Below, piece by piece: positions 43,845 to 54,036 of a DNA stretch of 64,000 nucleotides. Origin of the DNA: Bacteroidia bacterium (GTDB lineage Bacteria > Bacteroidota > Bacteroidia > Cytophagales > Cyclobacteriaceae); the NCBI GenBank assembly GCA_030430675.1, contig JAUIKU010000001.1, positions 4,152 to 68,151 on the forward strand. The letters are read 5' to 3'. The notes beneath the pieces were generated by a model, which saw nothing but the letters and a program-made list of their open reading frames with translations, did not search any database and was not told the DNA's origin. A program made the translations under genes and the position numbers. How positions within the stretch are numbered: the stretch's first letter is position 1; each line of letters starts with the position of its first letter.

Positions 43845-44494
43845 TAGAAAAAGAATTGGTCCAACACGACATTAAACCCAAATGAAAAGATGACAGTACC
43901 AATATGAATATTGGCCTTGTTGACAGATCTACTGGCATCGAACTCTCTGTTAGCTCCAATCCAGGTATTATTAACCCCCAGTCCCAGATCAAATACTATG
44001 TGGTCATGGAGCACGTATGAGTATCCTAATTGTACAAACAACCCAAATCCTCCTCCTTCCAGTACTTCCTGAGTGGGAGTGGTTGCGATCAGAACCACTG
44101 TTTTTTCTCTGAAGCGAGCATATCCTGGAGCCATGGAAAAGAAGATGGAACCCTGAGGGTTATCGGTCAGATAATAACTTAGAATAGGGCCAACCAACAG
44201 TGATTCGGATTCCAGTTCCACAAACTGCCGACTGTTGTCTCTTTGCATTCTCAAGATCCCGCCCAGAAGCCATTTGTCCTTAAAAAATTTTCCGGTGCTA
44301 AAATCGAAGGCATATTGATTGCCAAAGGCGCGTTGCGAGGCAGTGTCCAGTTTGGTACTCGATGAACTTATGCCTCCGGACAGTCCGGTTAACCATCTTC
44401 CCTTGCGAAAGGGGGTAGATAGCGAATCCGAGCTCTGGGCAAGAGCTGCACCAGCCAAGAAAGTCAAAAGTAATGCAAAGGTGATAAGTCGCAC
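43844..44494 (-). CDS. Outer-membrane beta-barrel protein (porin-family-like)
   Basis: The signal peptide is MRLITFALLLTFLAGAALAQ. It has a beta-strand pattern and a terminal Phe (…LDQFFF). Its stop abuts the next start. Confidence 0.55.
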   Translation of the reverse strand: MRLITFALLLTFLAGAALAQSSDSLSTPFRKGRWLTGLSGGISSSSTKLDTASQRAFGNQYAFDFSTGKFFKDKWLLGGILRMQRDNSRQFVELESESLLVGPILSYYLTDNPQGSIFFSMAPGYARFREKTVVLIATTPTQEVLEGGGFGLFVQLGYSYVLHDHIVFDLGLGVNNTWIGANREFDASRSVNKANIHIGTVIFSFGFNVVLDQFFF

Positions 44495-44581
44495 CGGCCT
44501 CAGTTTTCAAGAAAATTAATATACCTATAACCTGCTAAATAACCTACCAGCGAGCTGGTTGACAATACATGTATAATAGAT

Positions 44582-46030
44582 TTAAGCCCTTTGGAAGGAT
44601 AAAATAAAGGTAGTTCCTTTACCGGGCTCACTATCAACTTCAATGTTCGCATTATGGCTGTTCAGTATATTTAGGGTGGTGGTTAATCCCAATCCCAGGC
44701 CTTTCTTCTTGTTAGTATAGAATGGATCGAATAGTTGATTGAGCCGGTCCTGGGGAATTCCCACACCATTATCAGTGATCTCTACGATGCACTCCTCATC
44801 AGTCAGCCTGGTAGAAATATAAAGTAGTCCGTGGTCTTTCATGGCTTCTACCGCATTGATAATAATGTTCAATATGGCAACTTTCAATTTCTCCTGGTCC
44901 AGCGACAACTCACACATGTCTTGCTGATAATCCTTGGCAACTTCGATCTCTCTTAGCTTAATCCTGTCAAGAGCCAGAGACAGTGCATCATCTAAAATAT
45001 GGTTGATGTTGTAATTGCCCATTTGCATCTCTGCCTGCTTGGCCGAGTCCATCAATTGCTGGATCAACCCTTCGATACGGTTGCAGTTTCTGGAGATGAG
45101 GTCCAGAAACAGTTCGGAATCTTCAGGATCATTTTGGGCTTTAAGCTGTTCAGTGGCCAAAGTGATATTGGTAAGGGGATTTCGAATCTCATGGGCAATT
45201 GATCTGGCCAACCGTTCACTGCTGGCCACTTTCTCCATTTGTTTTGCCTTCTTCTGAGACTTTACCAGTGCCTGTTGCTGGGCTTTTTCAGCGGTCACAT
45301 CTTTTATAATCCCCAGGTACTCCTGGATCTCGTTTTCCTCATTTAGCTTGGGAACAGCCCTGGCTTCCAAATGCTTGATAGCATGGTTTGGCTTGATCCT
45401 GAATGTGATTTCATATGGCAACCCGTTGTTGATGGCTTCACTGATGGTTTTTTCAACAAACGGCTGATCCTCATCAATTACCTGTTCCAGCAGGAATGTG
45501 TAACTGGGAGTAAAGCCTTCCCTGCTTGTTTCAAAAATATCATACACCTTGTTGGACCAGTTGACGGTATTGTTGGCCAAATCCCAGGACCAACTTCCCA
45601 GGTTGGCCAGATCCTGGGCTTCAGATAATAACTTTTCTTTGCGAACCAGCTCATTTTCAAAATGCTTGAGCTTGGAAATGTCCAGAAAGGTCACCACAAA
45701 ACCGTCGTCAAGTTTCACCGCCTGCACATGAAACCAACTGTCAACCAGGCGGTCGTGATATTGAATATCAAAGATGCTCGATTCCCCTGTTTCCACTACT
45801 TTCAGGTATTGATCGAATAAGCCCAACTCGCGATTGCCGGGCATTTCCTTTAAGAGCTTTTTGCCTACTAGCTGTTCCGGGTTTCGATCAACCAATATGC
45901 CCGCCTGGGCATTTACAAAGGTCCATTCAAAATCGATAATTTCATGCTGGCTGTTCCTGACTGATTTGAAGACCATTATTCCGTTCAGGGAACTGTCCAG
46001 AATTTTTAATAATGCATCTAAGGATTTCAA
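44582..46030 (-). CDS. PAS-domain sensor histidine kinase
   Basis: Two PAS-like regions are present. The H-box is SIAHEIRNPLT, with N/G boxes (…IINAVEAM…, …DNGVGIP…, GLGLGL). Confidence 0.85.
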   Translation of the reverse strand: MKSLDALLKILDSSLNGIMVFKSVRNSQHEIIDFEWTFVNAQAGILVDRNPEQLVGKKLLKEMPGNRELGLFDQYLKVVETGESSIFDIQYHDRLVDSWFHVQAVKLDDGFVVTFLDISKLKHFENELVRKEKLLSEAQDLANLGSWSWDLANNTVNWSNKVYDIFETSREGFTPSYTFLLEQVIDEDQPFVEKTISEAINNGLPYEITFRIKPNHAIKHLEARAVPKLNEENEIQEYLGIIKDVTAEKAQQQALVKSQKKAKQMEKVASSERLARSIAHEIRNPLTNITLATEQLKAQNDPEDSELFLDLISRNCNRIEGLIQQLMDSAKQAEMQMGNYNINHILDDALSLALDRIKLREIEVAKDYQQDMCELSLDQEKLKVAILNIIINAVEAMKDHGLLYISTRLTDEECIVEITDNGVGIPQDRLNQLFDPFYTNKKKGLGLGLTTTLNILNSHNANIEVDSEPGKGTTFILSFQRA

Positions 46031-46051
46031 TCTCGATAAGGTTGAGGAAGT

Positions 46052-47413
46052 TTAAAGTTCGATGTTGTAGGCTTTGAGCTTGTTGTAAAGTGTTTTGCGA
46101 TGAATTTTCAGAATATTGGCCGTCATGGTTTTGTTGTTACCGGTCTTTTCCAAAATTTCCAGAATGGCTTTCTTTTCAGCCACTTCGGCCACAGATTTTA
46201 AATCATCGGAGTTCTTTGACTTCGCCACTTCCGCAGACAGGCCAGGGTCCTCAATCGTATATATGGGATTTGCAATTTCTTGAGGCAAATGGTCCTCGGT
46301 TATCTGATCTCCGTCACACAACAGAACGGCTCGTTTAATTACATTCTTTAGTTCTCTCAGGTTGCCGTGCCAGTAATAGTTCTGAAGTTTGGTGGAAGCC
46401 GGGCCATCGAATGACTTTATTGATTTACCCAGTGATTGATTGGCCAACTCCAGAAAATGCTCACTGTATACCAGAATATCCTGTTTTCTTTCACGTAAGG
46501 GAGCAAGGTTTATGGTAAACTCGTTAAACCTGTAGAACAGGTCCTCTCTGAATTTCCCTTCCCGTACCGCCTGGATAAGATCTTCATTGGTGGCGGTAAG
46601 TACCCTGACATCTACCTTCACCTGTTTATTACTGCCTAAGCGCTTTATTTTTTTCTCCTGTAGCACTCGAAGCAGCTTAACTTGATTCTCATAGGACAAA
46701 TTCCCAATTTCATCTAAAAATAAGGTGCCGCCGTCGGCATATTCAAAACTTCCTTGTTTGTCTTTTATGGCCCCTGTAAATGCTCCTTTTACGTGTCCGA
46801 ACAATTCGCTCCCAGCCAACTGCTCCGGAAGGGCACCGCAGTCTACAGTTACGAAAGGACCTTTTTTTCGTTCGCTTTTGTCGTGGATGGCCCGGGCCAC
46901 GTATTCTTTGCCAGTACCTGTTTCTCCCAGGATTACTACCGACATATCGGTTGGAGCAATTAGGGTGATGTGCTTGAATACCTGTTTAGCCTGATTGCTG
47001 GAACCCTTTATATATTTGTTGACAGGAGATCTTTTTTTCTTTCTGGGGCTGCGTTTGTTGGTTAGCGCTTCTTTAACCAGTTGCAGGAATTCATCGGGAT
47101 ACAACGGTTTGGTTACGTAGTCGTATACGCCCAGCTTCATCGCTTTGACAGCCACTTTTACATCGGAATAGCCGGTAATCATAATAATCTGACACTCATG
47201 ATCGAGAACCTTTATCTTTTGCACCAGTTCCAACCCGGTGTCATCCGGCAGTTTGAAATCGCATACGATTAGATCAAACTTCGACTTCCTCAATAGCATG
47301 AGTGCCTGCTTACTTCCTTCTGCCTCTTCGGTGCTATACCCTTCTTTTTCAAGAAACCGTGACAACAATAGGCGTATATCCCTGTCATCATCAATAATCA
47401 AGATGCGACTCAT
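46052..47413 (-). CDS. Sigma-54-dependent response regulator (NtrC family)
   Basis: It has a receiver domain and an AAA+ domain (GETGTGKE, GAFTGA, ESELFGH-like) followed by a C-terminal HTH. Confidence 0.9.
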   Translation of the reverse strand: MSRILIIDDDRDIRLLLSRFLEKEGYSTEEAEGSKQALMLLRKSKFDLIVCDFKLPDDTGLELVQKIKVLDHECQIIMITGYSDVKVAVKAMKLGVYDYVTKPLYPDEFLQLVKEALTNKRSPRKKKRSPVNKYIKGSSNQAKQVFKHITLIAPTDMSVVILGETGTGKEYVARAIHDKSERKKGPFVTVDCGALPEQLAGSELFGHVKGAFTGAIKDKQGSFEYADGGTLFLDEIGNLSYENQVKLLRVLQEKKIKRLGSNKQVKVDVRVLTATNEDLIQAVREGKFREDLFYRFNEFTINLAPLRERKQDILVYSEHFLELANQSLGKSIKSFDGPASTKLQNYYWHGNLRELKNVIKRAVLLCDGDQITEDHLPQEIANPIYTIEDPGLSAEVAKSKNSDDLKSVAEVAEKKAILEILEKTGNNKTMTANILKIHRKTLYNKLKAYNIEL

Positions 47414-47416
47414 AGT

Positions 47417-47779
47417 TTAATTAATACAATTGTCAACAATTGATTTAGTGATAGTTTGCATATCGAAGGGCTTCTTTACAAATGCAAAAGCACCTTCCCT
47501 AAGGGCCTGGTCTTTTTTATCCTCATAGGCACTAATAACCATAAAAGCGGCCCTTTGTTTTTTCAGGCTGGGAATCATGTCCAATCCTGAACCGTCCGGT
47601 AAATTGATATCCAACAGCACAATATCCGGTTGGTATTGTTCCAATTTTTCACCGGCATCTTCCAGGTTCAGCGCATATTCAATATTATAACCAAGCCGTG
47701 ATAATGCATATGTCAATAATATACAAAGCTCCTCCTCGTCATCAATGATCAAAATAGTCTGTAAAGTTTGCCTGTTCAC
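47417..47779 (-). CDS. Stand-alone response regulator receiver protein
   Basis: The CheY-like motifs ILIIDDEEE…VLLDINLPDGSG…K are present. Confidence 0.85.
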   Translation of the reverse strand: MNRQTLQTILIIDDEEELCILLTYALSRLGYNIEYALNLEDAGEKLEQYQPDIVLLDINLPDGSGLDMIPSLKKQRAAFMVISAYEDKKDQALREGAFAFVKKPFDMQTITKSIVDNCIN

Positions 47780-47939
47780 AATAATTTCGATTTTAAAAAA
47801 CTAGCAACAACGTTTGTGCCAGTAGTGATGTGTTGTCATTGCTTCCTTCAGGCCAATGTGCCGGCCGAATTGGATAAAGTTTACCCCGCAGTGTGCAATA
47901 ATTTACACAAAAAAATAGACTTGCACAGGTTGGAGGAGA

Positions 47940-49061
47940 TTACCCTATTCCTTTTAGTATTTTTTGCCTGGCTTGCTTTTCTTCATGCCCTCCGGCGGAA
48001 GGGACAGGTTGCTGTTTGGTGGCTGCAGGATCGTATTCCAATTCTGCGAAAATGGGAAAATGATCTGAACCGATATTGGGTAGTCTGCTGATTCGGGATA
48101 GTTTGAAGTGACTGGAGTGAAAAATATGGTCCAGAGGCCACCTTAAAAAGGGATAGTTGGCATGAAAGGTATTGAAAAACCCCCTTCCTTTTCGAGGGTC
48201 CAACAGACCGCTTACCTTTTGAAACAAGCGGGTATTGAATGACCAGGCTACATCGTTCAAATCACCCATAACAATAGTCGGTATTTCCCCCGTTTTTACT
48301 GTTTTGGCCACCAGCATTAATTCGGCATCTCTTTCAATGGTGGTATCATTTTGAGTGGGCACCGGAGGTGCAGGGTGCAGGCAGTGCAATTGAATGGTCA
48401 ATTCGCTGCTTATAGCAACTTTTGCATGAATACTGGGAACGTCTTTTTCTACCAGGTAGAGCACCTCATTCTCTATGAATTCATATTTGGAGAATAGCAA
48501 CATTCCATAGGTGTTATCCTGGGGCACAGCCACTTGATGGGGGTATTTTTTTGATAATGGTCTGGTTTGCTGTTGCCACCATTGGTCGGTTTCCACCAAC
48601 AGTACGATATCGGGGTCTAATTCCGAAATCACCTCCAGACAAGACTCTACTTCCCGGTTTTCCATAAATACATTGCCTGCCAGTAGCTTGAGACCAATAC
48701 CTATACCGGATTTTTGCATAACCTCTTTATTGGCCAGAGTAGTGTAAGGGTATAGAATATAGCACTGATAGACCAGGCCGGACAGAAGGGCAATTACCAC
48801 TGCTGAATTCAAAAAACTCCAGGGTAATAGAGTGACTGCCAGCACCAAACTGACAAATGTTAGAAAAGTAAGCTGGGCATGGGGAAAATCAAATATCCTT
48901 ACCCACCATTTGTGGTGTGCCAACAGGGGAATCAATGTGGCAATTACGCAAAATCCCGTTAACAAATAAATAGCCAGATCCAAGGTCCTTAACGGTATCT
49001 CATTACTGTCGAATATAGCAACTAAAGTTAATACCCGGCTAATGTACACCTTTATAAGCAT
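47940..49061 (-). CDS. Endonuclease/exonuclease/phosphatase (EEP) family protein with N-terminal TM domain
   Basis: Several N-terminal TM segments are present, with EEP motifs GDLND and GSDHFPI. Confidence 0.7.
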   Translation of the reverse strand: MLIKVYISRVLTLVAIFDSNEIPLRTLDLAIYLLTGFCVIATLIPLLAHHKWWVRIFDFPHAQLTFLTFVSLVLAVTLLPWSFLNSAVVIALLSGLVYQCYILYPYTTLANKEVMQKSGIGIGLKLLAGNVFMENREVESCLEVISELDPDIVLLVETDQWWQQQTRPLSKKYPHQVAVPQDNTYGMLLFSKYEFIENEVLYLVEKDVPSIHAKVAISSELTIQLHCLHPAPPVPTQNDTTIERDAELMLVAKTVKTGEIPTIVMGDLNDVAWSFNTRLFQKVSGLLDPRKGRGFFNTFHANYPFLRWPLDHIFHSSHFKLSRISRLPNIGSDHFPIFAELEYDPAATKQQPVPSAGGHEEKQARQKILKGIG

Positions 49062-49198
49062 GAATTATCCACCGATATTCACAGGTCCTGATTAGAGTTA
49101 ATAAACCTGGCATGATGTTTTTACTGTAATTGATGATCGTGAAAGAAACGCTTTCACCGCGGGCAACCGCACCTCATGAGAAAACTTTTTAATAATAT

Positions 49199-49699
49199 AT
49201 GAATAAAGAAAATAATTTGCTTTCAGCTAAGATCCTGTCTGGAATGGATGTGGTGAATCCCACCCATGAAGCACTGGGAGAAATCGAGGACATCATGATC
49301 GATCCCGCTACCGGGAACATTGTGTATGCTGTGCTAACCTTTGGCGGATTTATGGGTTTTGGAGAAAAATACTTTGCCATACCCTGGGAGGCATTTTACC
49401 TGGATACCAAAAATGAAGATGTAGTAATTCTGAACATACCAAGAGAAAAACTGGAGAACGCTCCTGGTTTTGATAAAAATGACTGGCCAGACAATGGGCA
49501 GTGGGAGTTTGTGGACAAGATCTACCGTCACTTCGGTTACCGGGCTTACACCAATAATATCCCGTTGGGGAAGAAACGAGAAATTCCCACTGAGGTGGTT
49601 TTGAAAGGCAATTCAGGACTGGGTAACTCCGGAAAATTGTCTTCGTTCAAGGATGGAAAAATAGTAAGCAGCAGAATTAAACAAAGTGGAATCTCCTGA
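49199..49699 (+). CDS. PRC-barrel domain protein
   Basis: The segment …GEIEDIMIDPATGNIVYAVLTFGGFMGFGEKYFAIPWEAF is typical of PRC-barrel stress proteins. Confidence 0.7.
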   Translation: MNKENNLLSAKILSGMDVVNPTHEALGEIEDIMIDPATGNIVYAVLTFGGFMGFGEKYFAIPWEAFYLDTKNEDVVILNIPREKLENAPGFDKNDWPDNGQWEFVDKIYRHFGYRAYTNNIPLGKKREIPTEVVLKGNSGLGNSGKLSSFKDGKIVSSRIKQSGIS

Positions 49700-49731
49700 T
49701 CTTAAAGGTCAGCAGAACTACCCATCGACCA

Positions 49732-49759
49732 AGCCAGCAAACTCTTGCTGGCTTTTTTT
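49732..49759 (+). terminator. Rho-independent terminator
   Basis: The hairpin is AGCCAGCAA-ACTC-TTGCTGGCT followed by TTTTTT. Confidence 0.75.
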
Positions 49760-49960
49760 ATACAGGAATCACCCCAAGGGAATCCGGATAGAAATTTGTG
49801 CAATTATTTACACAACAGCTGAGACTTTAGGTGCCGTTATTTTTTAAGAAGTGATCTTAAATACCTCATAATCAGATACATGCTAAAATTTAAATAAACT
49901 GGAACGATCTTTTTAGTTGGGTACAGTAAAAATTTAAAACAAAAAATTAACACGAGTATA

Positions 49961-50470
49961 ATGGAAGTTCAAACTGAAAATAATACCAAAAAGAGAAAAG
50001 CATATGTACATCTGGGCTTCAGACCGCTGGAGGCCGCTGAACTGGTGATCAAGTTGAACCAGCTTTTGGCCAATTATCATGTACACTACCAGAAGTTGAG
50101 GAATTTTCACTGGAATGTAAAAGGTGGAGATTTTTTCGATCTCCATGAAAAATTCGAAATACAATACAATCAGGCCAAAGTCAATATCGACGAGATAGCG
50201 GAACGGGTTAGGGTTTTTGGTAAAACTCCCTACAGCACCATGCAGGAGTATCTTGAACAAAGTGAAATAAAAGAAGTAGGAACCAATCTCACTGCCACCG
50301 AGATGGTGAACGAAGTATTGGCCGATTACCGAATACTATTGGAGCATATGGTAGATGTGGTCGACTCGGCTATTGATGTAGGAGATATAGGCACCCAGGA
50401 TCTGGTAAATACTTTTATAAAGAACATAGAGAAAAGTCATTGGATGTTTAGCGCATTCATACAAAAGTAA
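49961..50470 (+). CDS. dps: Dps-family DNA-protection/ferritin-like protein
   Basis: It carries NFHWNVKGGDFFDLHEKFE and is of Dps size. Confidence 0.85.
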   Translation: MEVQTENNTKKRKAYVHLGFRPLEAAELVIKLNQLLANYHVHYQKLRNFHWNVKGGDFFDLHEKFEIQYNQAKVNIDEIAERVRVFGKTPYSTMQEYLEQSEIKEVGTNLTATEMVNEVLADYRILLEHMVDVVDSAIDVGDIGTQDLVNTFIKNIEKSHWMFSAFIQK

Positions 50471-50500
50471 CAGCTATTCCCAACAGACCAGTAACCGAAG

Positions 50501-51403
50501 ATGTTAGAACAATTCACCGTCAGTATTGATAAATTATTCGAAAAGCTGCAGTCCTGGTTGGACCAGTTGATCCTTATGTTTCCCAACCTGGTTCTGGCCC
50601 TGATCATCGTGCTGTTGTTTGCCCTGATGGCAAAACTGACTCAAAAATTGACAGGCAAGGCATTGAGGCGGCTTTCGGATAACCTGGCGGTCAATAGGTT
50701 GCTTTCCAGTGTTGCCTATCTGGTGGTAATTACCATAGGGATTTTTGTGGCGCTGGGAGTGCTTCAACTGTCGAAAACAGTTACTTCGTTATTGGCCGGA
50801 GTGGGAGTGGTGGGTCTAGCTTTGGGATTTGCCTTTCAGAATACCGCAGCAAATTTTATTTCAGGGATATTCATGGCTACCCGCCACCCAATCAATGTTG
50901 GTGATGTGGTGGAAGCCAATGGGTTTTTTGGCAAGGTAGAAACCATTGATATGAGATTTACCAAAATCAAAAGTCCACAGGGCCAGCGAGTGATTATTCC
51001 CAATCGCACCATCCTGGAAAACCCGCTGATCAATTATTCCATCAGCGGTGAACGGAGGGTCGATTTGAGCTGCGGTATTAGTTATGGAGAGGATCTGGAA
51101 AAGGTAAAACAGGTTGCGTTGTCATGTATAAAGCAAAACGTGGATTTTAACAAGACCAAGCCGCTGGAATTTATGTTCAAAGAGTTTGGAGACAGCTCTA
51201 TCAATTTCGTTCTGCGTTTTTGGATTGACGAGACGGCTCAAAGTGAATATCTGAAGACGCTGAGTCAGGCTATTGTTTCCTTAAAACAGGCCTTTGACGA
51301 CCAGGGAATCGTGATACCGTTTCCCATTCGAACATTGGATTTTGGGATCAAGGCAGGAGCAACTCTGGGCGATGTGTTACCCATGGAACTATCTAAAAGT
51401 TAA
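50501..51403 (+). CDS. Mechanosensitive ion channel (MscS family)
   Basis: Three TM segments are followed by the beta domain (…GDVVEANGFFGKVETIDMRFTKIKSPQGQRVIIPN). Confidence 0.85.
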   Translation: MLEQFTVSIDKLFEKLQSWLDQLILMFPNLVLALIIVLLFALMAKLTQKLTGKALRRLSDNLAVNRLLSSVAYLVVITIGIFVALGVLQLSKTVTSLLAGVGVVGLALGFAFQNTAANFISGIFMATRHPINVGDVVEANGFFGKVETIDMRFTKIKSPQGQRVIIPNRTILENPLINYSISGERRVDLSCGISYGEDLEKVKQVALSCIKQNVDFNKTKPLEFMFKEFGDSSINFVLRFWIDETAQSEYLKTLSQAIVSLKQAFDDQGIVIPFPIRTLDFGIKAGATLGDVLPMELSKS

Positions 51404-51413
51404 GCAAATAACA

Positions 51414-51764
51414 ATGAAAATATTGCTAATTACAATTATACCGGCTGTGGTGCTGACCTTGTCTTTTAACCAGACTGCCAGTGCTAAAACCCTGGCAATG
51501 TTTCACCCGAATGGGGTGGAGGTAGACCAGGAAGTTGACAGCCCGAAACAGTTCATAAAGGAATTAAAGCGGTTCGTCCGATCCGTCAACAAGGAACGGT
51601 ATCAACCCGATGGTTACTGGGATGAAGTGGATGATTTATGGGAGTCGCTGCAGGTCCGCAAGGAAATTTTAAGCGATCAGTTTAGTAAATCACAATGGTC
51701 GCAGGTGAAATCCCTGGAACGTAAATTCCAGAACCTCAGAAAGAAAAAAACCCGGCTGTCCTGA
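51414..51764 (+). CDS. Secreted hypothetical protein (116 aa)
   Basis: I prefer the ATG at 51414 (MKILLITIIPAVVLTLSFNQTASA signal) to the track start at 51342, which overlaps mscS. Confidence 0.5.
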   Translation: MKILLITIIPAVVLTLSFNQTASAKTLAMFHPNGVEVDQEVDSPKQFIKELKRFVRSVNKERYQPDGYWDEVDDLWESLQVRKEILSDQFSKSQWSQVKSLERKFQNLRKKKTRLS

Positions 51765-51798
51765 AAGTCATCGCTTCTTACCATTCCAAACCCACCAC

Positions 51799-54036
51799 AT
51801 GAGTCTTTCCAATAAGACCACTTCCAGGAAATCTGGTATGGGAACCGCTCCGGTCTTTCTCACCGCTATATCTACCATTCTGGGAGCGGTGTTGTTTCTG
51901 CGTTTCGGATATGCAGTAGGCAGCGTGGGATTTTTGGGAGCCCTGGGCGTTATTGTAATCGGCCATCTGGTCACCATTCCCACCTCTATGGCCATTGCTG
52001 AGATTGCTACCAATCAAAAAGTTGAGGGTGGTGGAGAATACTACATTATTTCCCGTTCATTCGGGCTAACTATCGGCGGTACTATCGGTATTGCCCTGTT
52101 TTTTTCTCAAGCCATCAGTGTAGCGTTTTACATCATTGCTTTTGCAGAAGCTTTTTCCCCAGCGCTGGATTGGCTGGCCTCAGAATTGTCACTGGAGGCC
52201 ATCGATAAACGATTCATCAGTGTACCCACGTTGCTGCTTTTTGCCGGTCTGATGCTCACAAAGGGGGCAAATGCAGGGGTGAAATTACTTTATGCGGTAG
52301 TAAGTGTGTTGTTTTTGGCACTGGTGTTGTTTTTCCTGGGGAATACCGGTTATCAACCGGAACAGGGAGTCAACGTGCTGTTGGACAAAGTCGATCAGCC
52401 GGATCCGTTTTTTACTGTTTTCGCAATAATTTTCCCGGCATTTACCGGGATGACCGCAGGGGTGGGGCTTTCGGGAGACCTGAAAGAACCTGGCCGCAGC
52501 ATTCCCCTGGGAACCATTGCGGGTACCCTGGTAGGGATGGTTATGTATATTTTTATCGCCTACAAGCTGGCGATTTCTGTTACCCCGGAACGTATGGTGG
52601 AGGACCAGCTGGTAATGGGATATGTAGCATTGTGGGCTCCTGTAATCCCTATTGGCCTGGCTTGTGCAACGGTTTCTTCTGCACTGGGATCGGTAATGGT
52701 GGCACCCAGGACCTTGCAGGCGCTGGGCAGGGACCAGATTTTCCCCAGCAAAATGCTTAATAACTGGCTGGCCTTTGGTAAGCGGGAGACAAATGAGCCC
52801 TACAATACCAGCATTATTACCTGTATGCTGGCATTGGTGATCATCATTATGGGTGATATCGATTTCGTGGCAAAAATTATATCGATGTTTTTTATGGTAA
52901 CCTATGGGTCATTATGCCTCATTTCATTCCTGGAACATTTTGCCAGCAATCCTGCCTATCGTCCACGCTTTAAGTCCCGGTGGTATATCTCCCTTTTGGG
53001 AGCAATCATGTGCGTCTGGCTGATGTTCAAGATGAATACCACCTACGCCTTTATTTCAATTATTTTGATTTTACTTATCTACTTTACTATCAGCCGTTTT
53101 AAAAGAGATGAGAGAAGTATGGCGGCGATCTTTCGGGGAGTTATCTTTCAGATGAGCCGTACCTTACATGTGTTTTTGCAGAAGCGGAGTCATACTTCTG
53201 TCACCGAAGAATGGCGACCCTCGGTTGTCAGTATCACCAGCGACTCTCCCGATAACATGGACCAGTTTAACTTGATCAGATGGATCTCTGAAAGATACGG
53301 CTTCGGTACGCATATTCATTTACACAAGGGATATCTTTCTCACGAATCGGTAGACGAATCGGAAAAGTCGCTTACCCAGTTGCTGGCTATGACCGAACAC
53401 ACCGGCAGCAATGTCTATATGGATACCATCGTAAGCCCCTCCTATACCACTGCCATCGCCCAGGCCATCCAGCTTCCGGGGATTTCCGGGAAAGCCAACA
53501 ACATGATATTACAGAGCTATATCAAACATTCTCCCCATAACCTCCAGGAAATTATAGAAAACATCCCACTGGTAAAATGTCTGTATTTCGATATCATGAT
53601 CCTGGCCAGTTCCGACCGTGGATTCGGCATGAAAAAAGAGATCCAGATATGGATCAGGCCAAAGGACTATGTAAATGCCAACCTCATGATCCTTCTGGGT
53701 TATGTGATCCTGGGACACAAAGACTGGTCTAAGGCCAATATGAAGATCAATGCTATCTATCCCGCAGATCAGATGGAAGATAAACGCAAGGAATTGTTTA
53801 ATTTGATTGATGAGGGCCGGTTGCCGATATCAATGAAAAACGTAAATATTATATCCCAGGAGCCGGAGAAAAGTATAAAATCAATAATAAACCAGCACTC
53901 CAGGTTCAGCGACCTAACTTTAATTGGGTTCAGGACAGAAACAATTAAGAAAAAGGGTGTTGAAGCTTTTAGCGGTTATGACGAAGTGGGGAACATTCTG
54001 TTTGTAAATGCTTCCAGTCTGATAAAGATTCATTAA
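51799..54036 (+). CDS. APC-superfamily permease with large cytoplasmic C-terminal domain (cation-chloride cotransporter/SLC12-like)
   Basis: It has about 12 TM segments followed by a ~300-aa soluble C-terminus. The N-terminal GTAPVFLTAISTILGAVLFLRFGY is SLC12/APC-like. Confidence 0.65.
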   Translation: MSLSNKTTSRKSGMGTAPVFLTAISTILGAVLFLRFGYAVGSVGFLGALGVIVIGHLVTIPTSMAIAEIATNQKVEGGGEYYIISRSFGLTIGGTIGIALFFSQAISVAFYIIAFAEAFSPALDWLASELSLEAIDKRFISVPTLLLFAGLMLTKGANAGVKLLYAVVSVLFLALVLFFLGNTGYQPEQGVNVLLDKVDQPDPFFTVFAIIFPAFTGMTAGVGLSGDLKEPGRSIPLGTIAGTLVGMVMYIFIAYKLAISVTPERMVEDQLVMGYVALWAPVIPIGLACATVSSALGSVMVAPRTLQALGRDQIFPSKMLNNWLAFGKRETNEPYNTSIITCMLALVIIIMGDIDFVAKIISMFFMVTYGSLCLISFLEHFASNPAYRPRFKSRWYISLLGAIMCVWLMFKMNTTYAFISIILILLIYFTISRFKRDERSMAAIFRGVIFQMSRTLHVFLQKRSHTSVTEEWRPSVVSITSDSPDNMDQFNLIRWISERYGFGTHIHLHKGYLSHESVDESEKSLTQLLAMTEHTGSNVYMDTIVSPSYTTAIAQAIQLPGISGKANNMILQSYIKHSPHNLQEIIENIPLVKCLYFDIMILASSDRGFGMKKEIQIWIRPKDYVNANLMILLGYVILGHKDWSKANMKINAIYPADQMEDKRKELFNLIDEGRLPISMKNVNIISQEPEKSIKSIINQHSRFSDLTLIGFRTETIKKKGVEAFSGYDEVGNILFVNASSLIKIH

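Noticed and set aside
44531-44550. Sigma-54 -24/-12-like sequence CTGGTAGGTTATTTAGCAGG upstream of the beta-barrel genes (- strand)
   Set aside because: The GG to GC spacing is one nucleotide longer than the strict consensus (TGGCAC-N5-TTGC) and the flanking bases fit poorly. A similar near-miss at 33711-33727 lies inside a gene.
47768-48091. 107-aa + strand ORF between the receiver gene and the EEP gene
   Set aside because: Most of it overlaps the 3' part of the EEP-family gene on the opposite strand, and it has no recognisable motifs. The 160-bp intergenic part is more likely promoter sequence for the - strand operon.
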